IMG/VR virus record: IMGVR_UViG_3300020037_004820
Strand: one strand, 5' to 3'
Length of the DNA: 64,000 nucleotides
DNA from: a virus
Lineage: Duplodnaviria > Caudoviricetes
The notes under the pieces: generated by a model
Database searches by the model: none
The model's input: the letters and a program-made list of their open reading frames with translations, nothing else
Told to the model about the DNA's origin: nothing
Made by a program: the position numbers and the translations under genes
Shown: piece by piece, positions 50,623 through 63,283 of the stretch
Position numbering within the stretch: position 1 is the stretch's first letter
How the letters are laid out: the number at the start of each line of letters is the position of its first letter

Positions 50623-51330
50623 ATGACTGTTAAAATATATGAAGTGGGTGGAGCAGTTCGCGATCAATTTCGAGGAGTTAAGTCCAACGATATTGATTTT
50701 GCAGTTGAGGCTTCGTCTTATGAAGAAATGAAAGATTATGTTCTTTTCTCAGGTGCAGCAATTTTTATTGAACATCCTGAATTCGTTACCATTCGCGCAA
50801 AATGGTGTCCTCCTGGCTTAACTAAAGCTGTTCCTTGTGACTTCACATTATGCAGAAAAGAAGGAGAATACCTTGATAATAGGCATCCTTCTTCTTGTGA
50901 ACCTGGCTCAATCATTGAAGATTTAGCGCGCAGAGATTTTACAGTAAATGCTATTGCTAAAGACTGTGTAACTGGTGAATTCATTGATCCTTTTGATGGT
51001 AGAAAGGATATCGAACATCGTATAATTCGTTGTGTTGGAGATCCCAATAAGCGTTTTGTTGAAGACGCTTTGCGTATCATGCGAGCAATTCGCTTTAGCA
51101 TTTGTATGCAATTTGATATTCATTGTACAACGCAGGCAGCACTGTTTAACAATCTTGATCTCTTAGATAAGATTTCCGCAGAACGAATCCTGGCGGAATT
51201 ACATAAGATGTTCAGGTATGATTCTTTGGTGACGCTTAAAGAACTAAGCAAATTCAATAGATATCAATTATCTAAAATGTTCAATGAGCGAACGGGTATT
51301 TGGTTAGAACCTACAATGAGGGAAAAATAA
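50623..51330 (+). CDS. cca: tRNA nucleotidyltransferase (CCA-adding enzyme, class II)
   Basis: VGGAVRD..DIDF, DLARRDFTVNAIA, EDALRIMRAIRF, ISAERI. Confidence 0.9.
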   Translation: MTVKIYEVGGAVRDQFRGVKSNDIDFAVEASSYEEMKDYVLFSGAAIFIEHPEFVTIRAKWCPPGLTKAVPCDFTLCRKEGEYLDNRHPSSCEPGSIIEDLARRDFTVNAIAKDCVTGEFIDPFDGRKDIEHRIIRCVGDPNKRFVEDALRIMRAIRFSICMQFDIHCTTQAALFNNLDLLDKISAERILAELHKMFRYDSLVTLKELSKFNRYQLSKMFNERTGIWLEPTMREK

Positions 51331-52066
51331 ATGAAAGTTGTTAATAAACAAGTTCCGACAATTTATGTAGAAGTCCAATCATTAAAAGTTGGAGAATTGT
51401 TTAGATATTATCCTAATACAGCCTTGGATGAGGTTTATATGGTTGTAGATTCTTCCCGATTTACAACCACTATAAGTGATTTTCCTAATATACAAACTGT
51501 TGTGTGTTTGAAAACAGGTAGTCTTTATACATCTCAAAAAACTTCCAGAGTCATTCCTATGATGGGACAAGTGGAAATTTGGGATAAGTAATGAAGAGAG
51601 ATTATCAATTTTATTGGATTAAATGGAACCAATCTAAGGAATTGGTTGTAGCAGAGAAAAAAGAAAGTGGATATTATATCCCTGGATGGGAAATTGCTGT
51701 AGATGAGTCCAAGTTTACAGTTTTAAAGAAAATTAAATCTCCAGAGAAAAATTAAGGTGTAAATAATGAGTTTGATTACAGCGTTTGTTATTATGTTTTC
51801 TAATATGGGAAGTAATGCTCCTAAGTTTGAGGTGATTGATATGCCTCCAATGTATATTGTTGCAAATATGAAAGAGTATTCTCCTGAAGATAATGTTCGA
51901 GAATCGATAAAGATTCTTCGGAAGTATACTCCAACATATATGGACATGGAATGATTATAGTAGGTGCAATATGTTTAGAGATAGGAATATTTCTAGGTTT
52001 ATTGCTTAGGTTGAGCTATTTAGCTCGTACTAAACGAAATGAAAAAATTGTGAAGATATTCACATA

Positions 52067-52278
52067 GATTAGGCGGTAGGCTTAAGAGTAGCCAGAGATT
52101 GTAGTTCAATTTCTCATTCCGTTAAAGAGTAATAACTGAGGCTAAGATAGACCAATAGGATAACCAGATCTAGTAACGTAGAAATGTTACTAGAGTTATC
52201 TAAAGAATCCACTGAACAGGAGAGAGTTTGTTTTACAAGGCTATAACCAGTTATTTTTGGTGTAACAACACACTAATC
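52067..52278 (+). ncRNA. RNA mimicking the 23S rRNA L11-binding domain (H43/H44), with two insertions
   Basis: GATTAGGCGGTAGGCTTAAGAGTAGCCA..CCGTTAAAGAGT..GGTGTAACAACACACTAATC aligns to GCCAGGAUGUUGGCUUAGAAGCAGCCAUCAUUUAAAGAAAGCGUAAUAGCUCACUGGU with compensatory changes. Confidence 0.75.
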
Positions 52279-52282
52279 ACGC

Positions 52283-52305
52283 AAGGATCGGTTAACCGAT
52301 CCTTT
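52283..52305 (+). terminator. Terminator after the rRNA-mimic RNA
   Basis: aaggatcggt-ta-accgatccttt. Confidence 0.65.
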
Positions 52306-54460
52306 GTCGTTTAAGGATCAAAATGAGTTCCAAAAGAGTTTGGGAAATTTGGTGCCCAGGTGTTCATGTTATGGAAAGAATTAAATTAGAAATACCTGAG
52401 ATTGCTGCACGTTTCTTTTTTAATGATCATTGTACAATTTATCCAACTGAACCAGAAGTTTATAAGATGGAAATGCTTAATGTTGAAACGAATAAATGGG
52501 TTGCATCTGAAAGACTTCGTTGGAATAGAATTGGAAAATATGTGCATTTTCCAGTAAATAATATGGCAGAGTTTTTCCCTATAAAAGAAGGCTATATCAA
52601 TGCCGTAAATGATATGGTTAATTATCTGAAAAAGAATCCGCGACCGTGATCGGCGCCTGTCGAGGCTGGCCCTTGCCATCGCCCGCAAGGTGCCTACAGT
52701 CCATATTGAGGCAATGCGCCACGCTGGCGCGGCCTTGACCCTACCTTGCCAAGCGGAGGCTCACAGTGCAAGACCCTGAATATTTCAATATGGAAAAGCG
52801 AGAAACTTATCACTTTCATCAAATGGAAAATGATAATATAAGTGTAGATAAATTCTTGGAGTCCTTTCATTCGGAAATTCAAGAGTTTCTAATTCAATTA
52901 GAAAGAACCCTAGGATTTTATCCCTCTCCTAGAGAAGTTAATTTTACATATGAAATTGATTATCCAAATGAGCGTGGTTACGATTTTGAAGGTGTGGCCT
53001 ACGGAAAGTTTACATATAAACATATAGAAGCAGATAATGATCATTATCTGAGAATTTCACAAGAGCTTTCTGCAATGAAAGCTTTTTATGCTTGCAAAGT
53101 TAAACAAGCAAATGATCTTGTGGAATCTAAAAAGATCACTCCAGTAAACTTGATTCAAGAAGATCATTATAAAACTAAGAGAAATAAAGCTCTTGCTCAT
53201 CTTATGACATTGGCTTTCAATGATTCAACTTATGAAGCTGTTCTTCGAGAGATAAAGAAATATTCTCCTGAGCAATTGAAAGCTGAAAACGATCAACGTA
53301 AAGCGAATGCGAATATTGATCTCGAACATCACATTAAGGCTCTAGAGCGTCAAATTAGATTTTTGAAAAAAACAGATATTCTCATTCAATATCTTAATGA
53401 ATTGTATCCGCAATTTGCGAAGAAAGGAGAATAACATGAAGAAATATGAAATTGATTGTTGGGAATTGACAACACTATCTGGAGATGGTGTAAGAGATGA
53501 ACATGTTGCATTTATTGCTTCAAAATCAGAAGCAGATAAGTATGCGAAAAAACACTCAATTGGATGGCCAGTATCTGTAACTCGTTATAGGAAGACTATA
53601 GTTGTCTGGGATTCAGAAGAAGAACTGGAATATAATTCTCCATTAAGCATTAAGAAAAGAGCCTTGAACAAGATTAAGACTTTGGAGTTATCGGAAGAAG
53701 AATTGCGTATTCTAGGAATAGCGCTCTAATATGAATTTATCAGCAATCATATCTAAATTCCTAAACGAATTATGGTTGCTTATTGTACAATTTTGGTCAA
53801 GTTGGAAAACGATTAGGTTAGAAGGAAGATAAATTGCTTTTGACAATTACTGCGGGCAATGTGTTGACAGGATTAGCATTTCTTGGTGTGTTTACTCTCT
53901 TTTGCTGCATATCTTTATTCATAGTAGTAGCAACACATGTTCCAGTTCCAGAAAAACCTTTGAAGGAGAACGATGATGAGCTTTTTTGATATATGGGGAG
54001 CATGTATAGTTTTAGTATTGGGAGTTGGACTAAGCATAGTGTTGATAATGCTATTGCTGCATTTTACATTCTCTACTAAATGGATAAAGGCTAAAAACAA
54101 TAAGCCTAGTAAATTGACATAGCATATTGGAGTGAGTATGTTTGTCTTAGATATGCTAAATAAAGACAAAGTGTTTCGTCAGATAATAAGAGAGATTCGA
54201 TCAGAATTTTCTTCTTTTGAGTATTTAAGAATTGTACCTCAAGAGGTATATATCAATATTGTTATTCCGATTATGAATACTGTATGTAATAAATATCTCG
54301 GAGGTCCAGATATTTATTATTCTTTTGCCTTAGAACGTGCTGCGCATGATAAGACAAGAGATAGGATTGAATTAGAAATTGGACTCTTTATTAAAGAAGC
54401 TTATGAAGAAGAATCATTTAAACGTTATAAGTTTTCTTTATCTTTCCAAGGAAATGGAAA

Positions 54461-55525
54461 ATGAAAATTGCAGTTTTAACAAGTGGTGGTGTTGATTCTG
54501 CTTTTGCATTGCATAATTTGCAACGTGAAGGACATGATGTTACAGCTCATTATTTGAAGATCTGGAATCCTCAATATGAACAAGAAGGATCATCTTGTCC
54601 TTGGCAAGAAGATGTCGATAGCGTTAAAGCTATTTGTACGTTATTGAACGTTCCAATGGTGATTCACAATCTCCAGATTGAGTATGAATTTACAGTAATG
54701 GCGTATATGCTTGAGGAATTGAAAGCAGGCAGAACACCTAATCCAGATGTTTACTGCAATCCTTATATCAAATTCGGAGCATTCTTCGATAATATTTCAT
54801 TTAAAGAATATGATTATGTTGCTTCGGGACATTATGCAACAAAGAAGAATATAGAGGATGATCACATTTATTGGCATTCTGGTGATCCTCTTAAGGATCA
54901 ATCATTCTTTCTATCTAAAGTAAAACCTGAACAGTTCAAAAAGATTATCTTTCCTTGTTCGACATTTGGAAAGAAATATATTAGAGCTTATGCAGCGACT
55001 TATAATCTTCCTCAAAAAGATAAGAAAGATTCGCAAGGATTATGCTTCATCGGAAAGGTGAACTATTCAGAATTTATTAGCAAATATATCCCCAATGTCC
55101 CTGGTCCAATTATTGATGTGACAACTTCACAAGTTGTTGGGGAACATAATGGATTACATTTATATACGATTGGTCAAAGGCATGGAATAGAAGTTAGCAA
55201 TGGTCCATGGTATGTATCGTCTAAAAATATAGACAGTAATATATTGTATATTATTAACAGAGTGCATCTTCATCGAACTATGACTGATATAATGCCAATT
55301 ACCAAAGCTAATTGGAATGGTATACCTAAGTATTTCAAATATAAGCATCCACAAGTCAAACTATTGACTGGAAAATATGTAATTAACTCTTCTTTTCATA
55401 ATCCTCAGCAGGATGAAGCTATATTGTTAGATGAGAAAATTTCTTATCTTTCTTTTTCACCTGGACAAGTTGTTGCAGTTTATGACGAAGATCATAAACT
55501 GATAGGAAATTGTGTGGTGAGATGA
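54461..55525 (+). CDS. mnmA: tRNA 2-thiouridylase
   Basis: SGGVDS, TPNPDVYCN..IKFG, SGHYA, KDQSFFL, DSQGLCFIG, TIGQRHG, PGQ. Confidence 0.92.
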   Translation: MKIAVLTSGGVDSAFALHNLQREGHDVTAHYLKIWNPQYEQEGSSCPWQEDVDSVKAICTLLNVPMVIHNLQIEYEFTVMAYMLEELKAGRTPNPDVYCNPYIKFGAFFDNISFKEYDYVASGHYATKKNIEDDHIYWHSGDPLKDQSFFLSKVKPEQFKKIIFPCSTFGKKYIRAYAATYNLPQKDKKDSQGLCFIGKVNYSEFISKYIPNVPGPIIDVTTSQVVGEHNGLHLYTIGQRHGIEVSNGPWYVSSKNIDSNILYIINRVHLHRTMTDIMPITKANWNGIPKYFKYKHPQVKLLTGKYVINSSFHNPQQDEAILLDEKISYLSFSPGQVVAVYDEDHKLIGNCVVR

Positions 55526-57128
55526 TATGATATCAAAAGAAAAATCAATTGAAACAGATTATTCACCTTATGTTGGAAAAAAAGTTATTAAAGCTAACAA
55601 ACCCTTTAAAAGTGGAAATAAAATAAATACTGTGTTATCTGTAACGGAACATCCTATGTTACATATTCCTGCTTTTACATTTATAGAGGATGATTCTATT
55701 GTGGAATGTAGACGTTGTGAATTACTTGATAAAGGATAAGGATTGTGATAAATCTACAAGATTGGGTAAAACGTCCAGTAATAAAGCTTAAAGATGCCAA
55801 GGGCATATCTGTTATAGAATATGATTACATATATGAACTAATAACCTTTATTAGAAATGGGATATCAGATTTATTGTCAAAAAATAGTTTTTTATCTCCG
55901 TTTGAAGAAACAGAGATATATGATGATTTGATTATAAAGTCTGATCTAGCTATTTTTATAGCTAATATGTTTTATGAAGGAAGTAATATACCTCAAAATG
56001 AGGTAATCAATAGCTTCCTAAAAGCTTCTTCACAAGATACATATATAGATGTTTTTATACCAACTGCGCTTCATAATAAATTGGCATTATTGTACTTAAG
56101 TAAAGAATATCATTATTCTACATTTATTTTTACATTTTTTACTTTAGAAGAACTGAATGGTTTATTTAAACCATCTTCTAGTATAGATTCTTATATTCAT
56201 AAAAATAAATCTAATTGGGATGTATATGGATTAGTTGATTATACGAATAGAGGGGATGTTGAAATTTATGAAAAAGCTACATTTTATTGGCATAGTCCTT
56301 TATTTGTATACATTAAAAATGTATATGTAACTACTCTAGAACTTAAAGAGTATTTAACAAATGCCTCTTACGCATTACAACTTCCTTGGGAATACTATCC
56401 TTATCTTTCATTTAATGATCCACTCTTATATGAAGAAGATGTATGTCAACCTTGTAAAGAAAAATTGAAATGGATTAATCTTTATCTACAATGTCCTAAC
56501 TGTAAAAAACTATACGGGTAATAAAATGAATAAGCCAATAGAACCTTACTATGTTTTGAGCTTAGATGAATACGATGAAAAGACTCTTAGATCAGAAATA
56601 AACAGAAGAGAACGTCTAAGACGAGACAATAAATGTGATTATTGTGAAAGATTATATAACACAGTTCCATCTTGTAGATTTCCAGAAAGACATAATCTTA
56701 GAATAATAGATTATGAAAAAGCAGAAGAAGATCAAGCTAGAATGAATTATGATAGAGATCATCCTGGTCCATATTGCATGTGTGGAAAATGTAGATACGG
56801 TTACTAAAGATGAATGAAATGTCAGAAACTCAATTGTTTATTCTAGGTAAATTGGAAGTTAGAGATCCCAGGAGTGTGAAATGATAAATACTACAGTGTA
56901 TTACGTCTTTCGACGAGATGATGGTTATATAAATGCCACAACTAATCCAGTTTTAAAAAACATAAAGATTCTATTTCAGTCTACTTCTTGGGCAGAAGCT
57001 AAGGCTGTTATAGAACAAGAAACTAACTTCAAAAGAGGATTATGCTGGAATCCATATAAGCAAGAGTTTCAGAGGTATAATAGCATTTTAACTGAACTTA
57101 ATCAACCTGCATATATGGGAGTTGGATA

Positions 57129-57428
57129 ATGGCAATTAATACAGTAACGATTAGTACAAAGGGACCTTTGTGTATGCGTAGGCTGCGTACAGAAGGCTTC
57201 TATGATAAGGATCTGATTGTAAAATCAGAAAATGGGTATAATTTTATAGATTTAGAGTATTTCACTGATAACACTGTTAAGATAACTTGTATGGAAGATC
57301 TAGAAGGAACTATAGCATATGATGCTTGTATAGATATTGACGAGTTGATAGTTGCATTGAACAGGTTGAAATATTTACATGGAAACAAAAATAAAAACAA
57401 AGACAAAAAAGAAGAAGAAAACATATGA
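57129..57428 (+). CDS. Hypothetical protein whose codons 4-20 equal the 52-nt repeat
   Basis: 99-aa ORF translationally coupled (TAATG) to the upstream gene. Confidence 0.6.
   Translation: MAINTVTISTKGPLCMRRLRTEGFYDKDLIVKSENGYNFIDLEYFTDNTVKITCMEDLEGTIAYDACIDIDELIVALNRLKYLHGNKNKNKDKKEEENI
57138..57189 (+). repeat. 52-bp exact dispersed inverted repeat, copy 2
   Basis: Identical to the reverse complement of 7520-7571. Confidence 0.95.
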
Positions 57429-60400
57429 AGAAGGATTAGAGAAAGGATTTAAGAAAGGATACGATGAAGGTTTTGAAGATGGGCAAGAAAAAGGTTATAA
57501 CGAAGGATATCAAAAAGCATTAGGCGAAGGCACTCAAATTTATGAAGTATTTAGTTCATCCGCAGGATTCAATAGGTACTACAATCAATGAATATAGAAC
57601 AAATACTTGAGCAATTTGCAGGAAAAGCTCCTCCTTGGGGGAACAAGTTGACACCTTCTGCATTAGATGATTTGAAAAAATCATTGGAAGCATTATGTGC
57701 ACAAATTTATCAGGAAGGCATGACTGCGGGATATAAAGAAGCAGAAAAAGACCGTCCAAAACATGGAGTTTGGGATTATTAATATGGAAAATTCATCGGA
57801 AATCAAAAAGATTAAACGTCTTATTAAGAAGTTAAAATCGAAAAAATTAGATGCTTTTTCCTCGAAAGAGCAGGCAGCATTGAAATATTGGAAATATCAT
57901 CGTTTGTCCAAAGAGTCAGATGATTTAGTATATGCTTATCAAGCAGAATGTGATAGATTACAATGCTTAATAAGTGATTTATCGGAAGTTGTCACTAAAG
58001 CGGAAAGAAAATGATTTGGTTTTATATAACAGCTTTCTTATTGTTAAGCTTTTTTCTATATCTAGTATGGCGACATCGAAAAAGTGATGAAGCCTATGCA
58101 CTGCTAGATAAAGCAGTTATGACAAATGATTATAAAACAATATATTCGGTACTAAAACAATACAAGAAATATATACCTAAATATACTCATGAAGCATATG
58201 AAACTCATGCAATGAGTTTAGAAAATAACAAAAGGAAATAAAATGGAAGAGTTCGTAGCGATGCTGTTTATGATTATTATCATAGGTTCAATTGTCGCAT
58301 TAATCGATAAATGTGATACAGAAGCAGCAAATAGACCCGAATGTATTAAAAAAGTCCTTGTCTTAGGAAGATTTGAATGTGTAGAATACTCAGGATGTAA
58401 AACTAAAGTAAAAGTCGGAAACGAATGGATTTGTCAAAAAGATGAAGAGGATGCTAAATGAGTAATCCAGATAAGAAGTTTATATTTTTTCAAGATGTTG
58501 ATAGCACTCAAGTAATTGACAATCCTGATTGTTGTTATTTTTGGATCACGTCAGTAAAGACATATAATAAATACAAATTATATGCGTATGATCAACTAAC
58601 TGCGGAAAAGTTATATAAGACTTATCCATTGTTTAGAGGCATAGATGACATGGAAGGTCATTTTGAATTTCTGTCAAATAATGTAGAAAAGGTTAGAGAA
58701 TATCTGATTGAGTTAGGAATGAAGGACGGCGGAATAGCTACATAATAGGCTTGACATAGGCATATCAGCGCTTATGGCCTATTAGGCATACCTGTCTCAT
58801 AAATACACAATCGTTTAGGCAAGGCAAAACATAATAATGAGTGTTAAGAAAAAGAAGTGTTTTCAATGTAAAGTTAGTAAGAAATTTTTACCAGGAGACT
58901 TTATAAAGGTATTAGATCTTTGGTATTGTTTACCATGTGCTATTAAAGTTCATCCTGACGCAGTTAAAAATCAACTGAAAATATCATTGGAAAATACAGA
59001 ATGAAATTCGTACTTGCATTAGCGGTTGAAACTATTGATAATAAAAAGCTTTTAGCCAGAACATGGGATTGTGAGACTTGGCCAGTTTTGCAAGAAGAAT
59101 ATTCTCGTCAGAAAAAGGTTCTGGCTGGAAAATTTCGTGCATTTAACAACATCATCTCTAGAGAGAATCAAGACCATGTTGCGAAGTTTAAAAATAAACT
59201 AAATGAAGATTTTCTGGAGCTATTTGGTCCAGAAGAGATTCATCAATTTTATTTTGAATGGGAAGCAGTTCCTGAAACTCCTAATGAGCGTATTTATCTT
59301 TTTGAACAAAGATTCCCAGAGTTGTGTAAATGAGCAAAAATAAGTTAAAACTTAGAATTCTTGTCAAACCCCCTTCTACAAATAGGGCATATAAGACATA
59401 TTATATTCAAAGAAAACATGGATGGTTTGAATGGATTGACCTTTGGCAGCAAACTATCGATGATTTCTCATCTGAGGAGGAAGTTTATAATAAATGTATT
59501 CTTTATATGAAAGAATACATAAACAATTATCCAGTTCCAGGTAAACCTAAAGTTATAGAAGAACAAGAATACAGAATTAATTCCAGAGGAAAATGGCAAA
59601 AATATGAGAACGAATCCAACGATATCAGAATCATCTGATATTCAAGATAATCCATTTTTAGAGGAACCAGAAGATACGTTCGCTTTAGAGGAGATTAATC
59701 ATATATTAAGGAGAGAAGAGGAAGAAATTGAAGAATTTCATGACGCATTTCCCGAAACAGGTGCTATTACTGCACTTGAAGGAGATTTATTAGCTCAACC
59801 TTTTATTGATGAATTAAGAGATTCTATACGACATACAAATGTAGATACTGAACAAGCTCTTGAAAGGCAATACTGGGATCGTCTCAATATTCCTATTGAT
59901 TATACGAGAGTTGAAAGAAATGTTATCGAGGATGTCCAGGTATATCATGGGATCGATATAAGAGATGAAGAAAGAAGAAGAGCAATAGAACGAGATTTTA
60001 ACCGAACTAGAAACAATTGGTCTATGCGTTATACAGATCTTGACGTGATGAATAATGCTCCAACGACACACAATTATTGGCGAAATACAATTGCTAACTC
60101 ACTTAACATTACTTGGCCAGAATCTAGTAGTAAAAATAAACCTGATCCAGAAATTGAAGCACGTATAAATCATTGGAAAGAAGAGTATATTAAAGAGAAG
60201 AATATAGACATTCATGCCTTAGTAAGCAATGAATCATTATTAAGATGGCTGGCGAAAAACTTTATAACAACGAGAATAAAATGAGTAATAAGCTTTATGT
60301 TCTGGTGAAATATATTGAAGATTGGCGAGAACAATTACATCCAGTCAATGTTATTGCTTGCAAAACAAAAGAACAAGCAGAACTTGAAAAAAAAGAATTT

Positions 60401-61796
60401 CTGAAAAAATTCAAATTTGATCCATCACATCTTATTATTGAAGAAATAGACTTTGCGGAGGAAGTAGATTCAGTACAGGTTCAAGAATCTACAGATATCA
60501 ATTCTCTGATAGAAAAATATCTAACAGAAAATCTAAGACTAGATATAACTTCGAGATCTGCGTGGTATGATGGAAGAGTAGTTATTATAAAACTTATGCT
60601 AAAAGAACAATGTATTTCCAGTGAAAGCTTTAGTATAGAGGCTAAATAATGGATGAAAAACTAAAACGCTTATCGCATTTTGCAAAGCTCTTATCTGATG
60701 TTTATGATATGTCAGACTTGCGAGATAATGCATCTATTAGTGATATTCATGAATTAGGTGATCTAATAACTGATCTTATAGTAGGTTTTATTTCACAGAA
60801 AAAAATTGTAGAAGAAAGAGAGTATTGGAAACTTCACGGTAACAGAGATCATGATTACGATAGGATGTAATGAACACTCTTACAATTAAGAAATTAGAAC
60901 CTACTCAACGTCGTATAAAGAAAAATAAATATCAAATTATATTAGAATTAATGTTTCATGATTCTGATGATCATATTATGAAAAGAATAACAACTTCTTC
61001 AAAAGAAACCTTTTTGTATAAAGCTTCTGTTATTCAAGAATGGTTAGATGATGTAAAAATATATTCCTTCTCTCCCAATAGATATGAAGAATTCATCATG
61101 AAATATGATTGGTTAAACAATTGTTTACCTTATGCATATGCGTCTTCTTTTACTATAAATCTTTATGAAGCGTCTACTAAGACTGCTATGATTGTCTCAA
61201 TGAGATGCCGTTATTATAATGAGATCGGCTCTAAATTTGAAATAACATTAGGATAAATAATGCTTGTATATATTGTAGAAAGACATCAATTACTTGATCA
61301 TTATCATATCAAAGTAGATATTGAAGCCATTTACGGTAATGAATTACAAGCTCTAGAGCGCAAATCAGATTTAGCGCAATCAAACAAGAAGTCTAATGTA
61401 TCTTATAAAATAAAATGTCATAATGTATTGGGAAAAATAGGAAAATGATAATGACTAGATATATTGTGAGCTTTGGTATGTATCAATATAACTCAGGAGC
61501 TCCGGATAATGGAACACGTCGCTGCTCAAAATATTTTGAAAACTTAACTGCTGCATATCAATTTCAACTTAAATTAAAGTCTATATGTAAATGGTGGAGC
61601 GATTGTTATATAATGCATTCTACGAAAATAGATTATAATTCCGCAGAACATTTGAACATGGAACAAGAACATAAAGAGATTATTGAAACTTATTTAAATT
61701 ATGATGGATTTTTAAATTATGTTGATGATTTTATTATGATGACGACTACTGAAACAATAAAACTAACTCCTCCTTTCCAATTAAAGGAAAATTGAT

Positions 61797-62306
61797 ATGT
61801 CAGATAGAATAATATTTTTAGATGTTGATGGTGTTTTGAATAGCGATCAAGTTTGTTTTGAAATCAGAATGAACGATATTAATCAAAATGGTTACGGTGG
61901 ATTTTTTGGCGGAACAGTTACTCCAACACATGCTCTTGTTTGTTGGGGACAAGAACTTGTTGATAACCTTAGAGAAATTGTAGAAAAGACTAATGCACAA
62001 ATTGTTATTTCTTCTACATGGAGAATAACTCATCCTGTAAAACAATTTATAGAAATGTTTAAAATATATGGTTGGGACAATGCTCCAGTTATAGATAAAA
62101 CTGAACATTTAGGTACTCAGCGCGGGTACGAAATTTCTAAATGGTTAGAAAGACATTCAGAAGTTAAACAATATGTCATATTAGATGATAACTCTGATAT
62201 GTTAAAAGAACAAAAAGATAACTTTGTTCAAACAGATGAAAAAGTAGGTTTATCTAAACAAGATGTATTGAAAGCAATTGCTATTTTGGAGAAAAATAAT
62301 GAATGA
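61797..62306 (+). CDS. HAD-domain phosphatase (Swiss-army-knife RNA-repair type)
   Basis: FLDVDGVLN, IVISSTWR, RGYEISKWL, YVILDD. Confidence 0.85.
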   Translation: MSDRIIFLDVDGVLNSDQVCFEIRMNDINQNGYGGFFGGTVTPTHALVCWGQELVDNLREIVEKTNAQIVISSTWRITHPVKQFIEMFKIYGWDNAPVIDKTEHLGTQRGYEISKWLERHSEVKQYVILDDNSDMLKEQKDNFVQTDEKVGLSKQDVLKAIAILEKNNE

Positions 62307-62648
62307 TTTAATAGAAGAGTTAAACCTAAAACCAATTATATCTTTAAAAGATAAATTCGAACAAGATATTCATGCATTTAAAGTTTTAGATTATCCACAA
62401 TGGAGCACTTTACTTCAATATATATTAAACAAGGGAAAAGCTATTTATGGGGATAATTTGTTTGATATGCAAATATCTGAATTAGTTGTTTCTCATATAA
62501 ATGAAAATCATGAGATGATTAGGAAACTAAACCTGATAACTAATCAGTTAGAAGTTAAACAGTTAATCAACGAAAATTATCTCTTAATTGATTACGTGGC
62601 TGTCGCAGTCTGCAACGCTCCAAACCCCGAGCAAGCGCTCGGTCGCTA

Positions 62649-62724
62649 TGCAAGCTCTGTGCCATAAATTTCTAGCAGAAATGGGCCGCTTAAGGCTTGT
62701 CTGGTCGGGCAGCGTGCATATTGT
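62649..62724. promoter_or_regulatory. Reverse-oriented sigma54-like box upstream of a plus-strand sigma70-like promoter
   Basis: Minus: TGGCACA-gagc-TTGCA. Plus: TTGTCT-16-TATTGT. Confidence 0.6.
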
Positions 62725-62810
62725 GTAAGTGTAGGGCAGAGAGGCCCTAGACTGGAAAGGACGAGCGGAGTGCCCGTTCTACGAAAACTTGCTAAATAAG
62801 GAAACACACC

Positions 62811-63263
62811 ATGACCGCTACCATTACTGCCAATACCAATACCAAGAAGCTCGCGTCGCGTACTCTCGAAAACATGTGCCTCAAGGCGAGCCATGTTCTC
62901 TTGCAGAAGTCGCCGAAGGATCTCGCCGAGTTTTCGAAGATTCTCGACCGTAGCAAGCGTGAGATTGCGCTCGCTCGCGGTGAAAACTCGGCGTTGAAGC
63001 GAGTTTATGCCGTCGAAACCGAGGCTCGATACAACTTGCTCGTCAAGGTTCTCGGAACTTCGGGTGAAGCTCTCACGACCGAGCGTTTGAACAATGATAC
63101 CTCGTTGACGCCGGAAGATATTCGCATCTTCATGCTTTTCCGCGGTGTCAATCTCGACAATGTTTTCTCGTCGGAGGAGCAGGAGATCTTCGCGGATCTC
63201 AATGAATCCGATATGAAGCAGAACATCTACCTCGGGGTGGACTGCACGAAGACCGACAAGTAA
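62811..63263 (+). CDS. GC-rich monocistronic hypothetical protein (probable early gene)
   Basis: AAGGA RBS, strongly GC-rich codons, own promoter and terminator. Confidence 0.7.
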   Translation: MTATITANTNTKKLASRTLENMCLKASHVLLQKSPKDLAEFSKILDRSKREIALARGENSALKRVYAVETEARYNLLVKVLGTSGEALTTERLNNDTSLTPEDIRIFMLFRGVNLDNVFSSEEQEIFADLNESDMKQNIYLGVDCTKTDK

Positions 63264-63283
63264 TGATTGTCGGAAGTTGAGTA

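Noticed and set aside
52067-52278. True rRNA gene fragment
   Set aside because: Only the ~58-nt core matches, it is interrupted by two structured insertions, and the flanks are not rRNA-like
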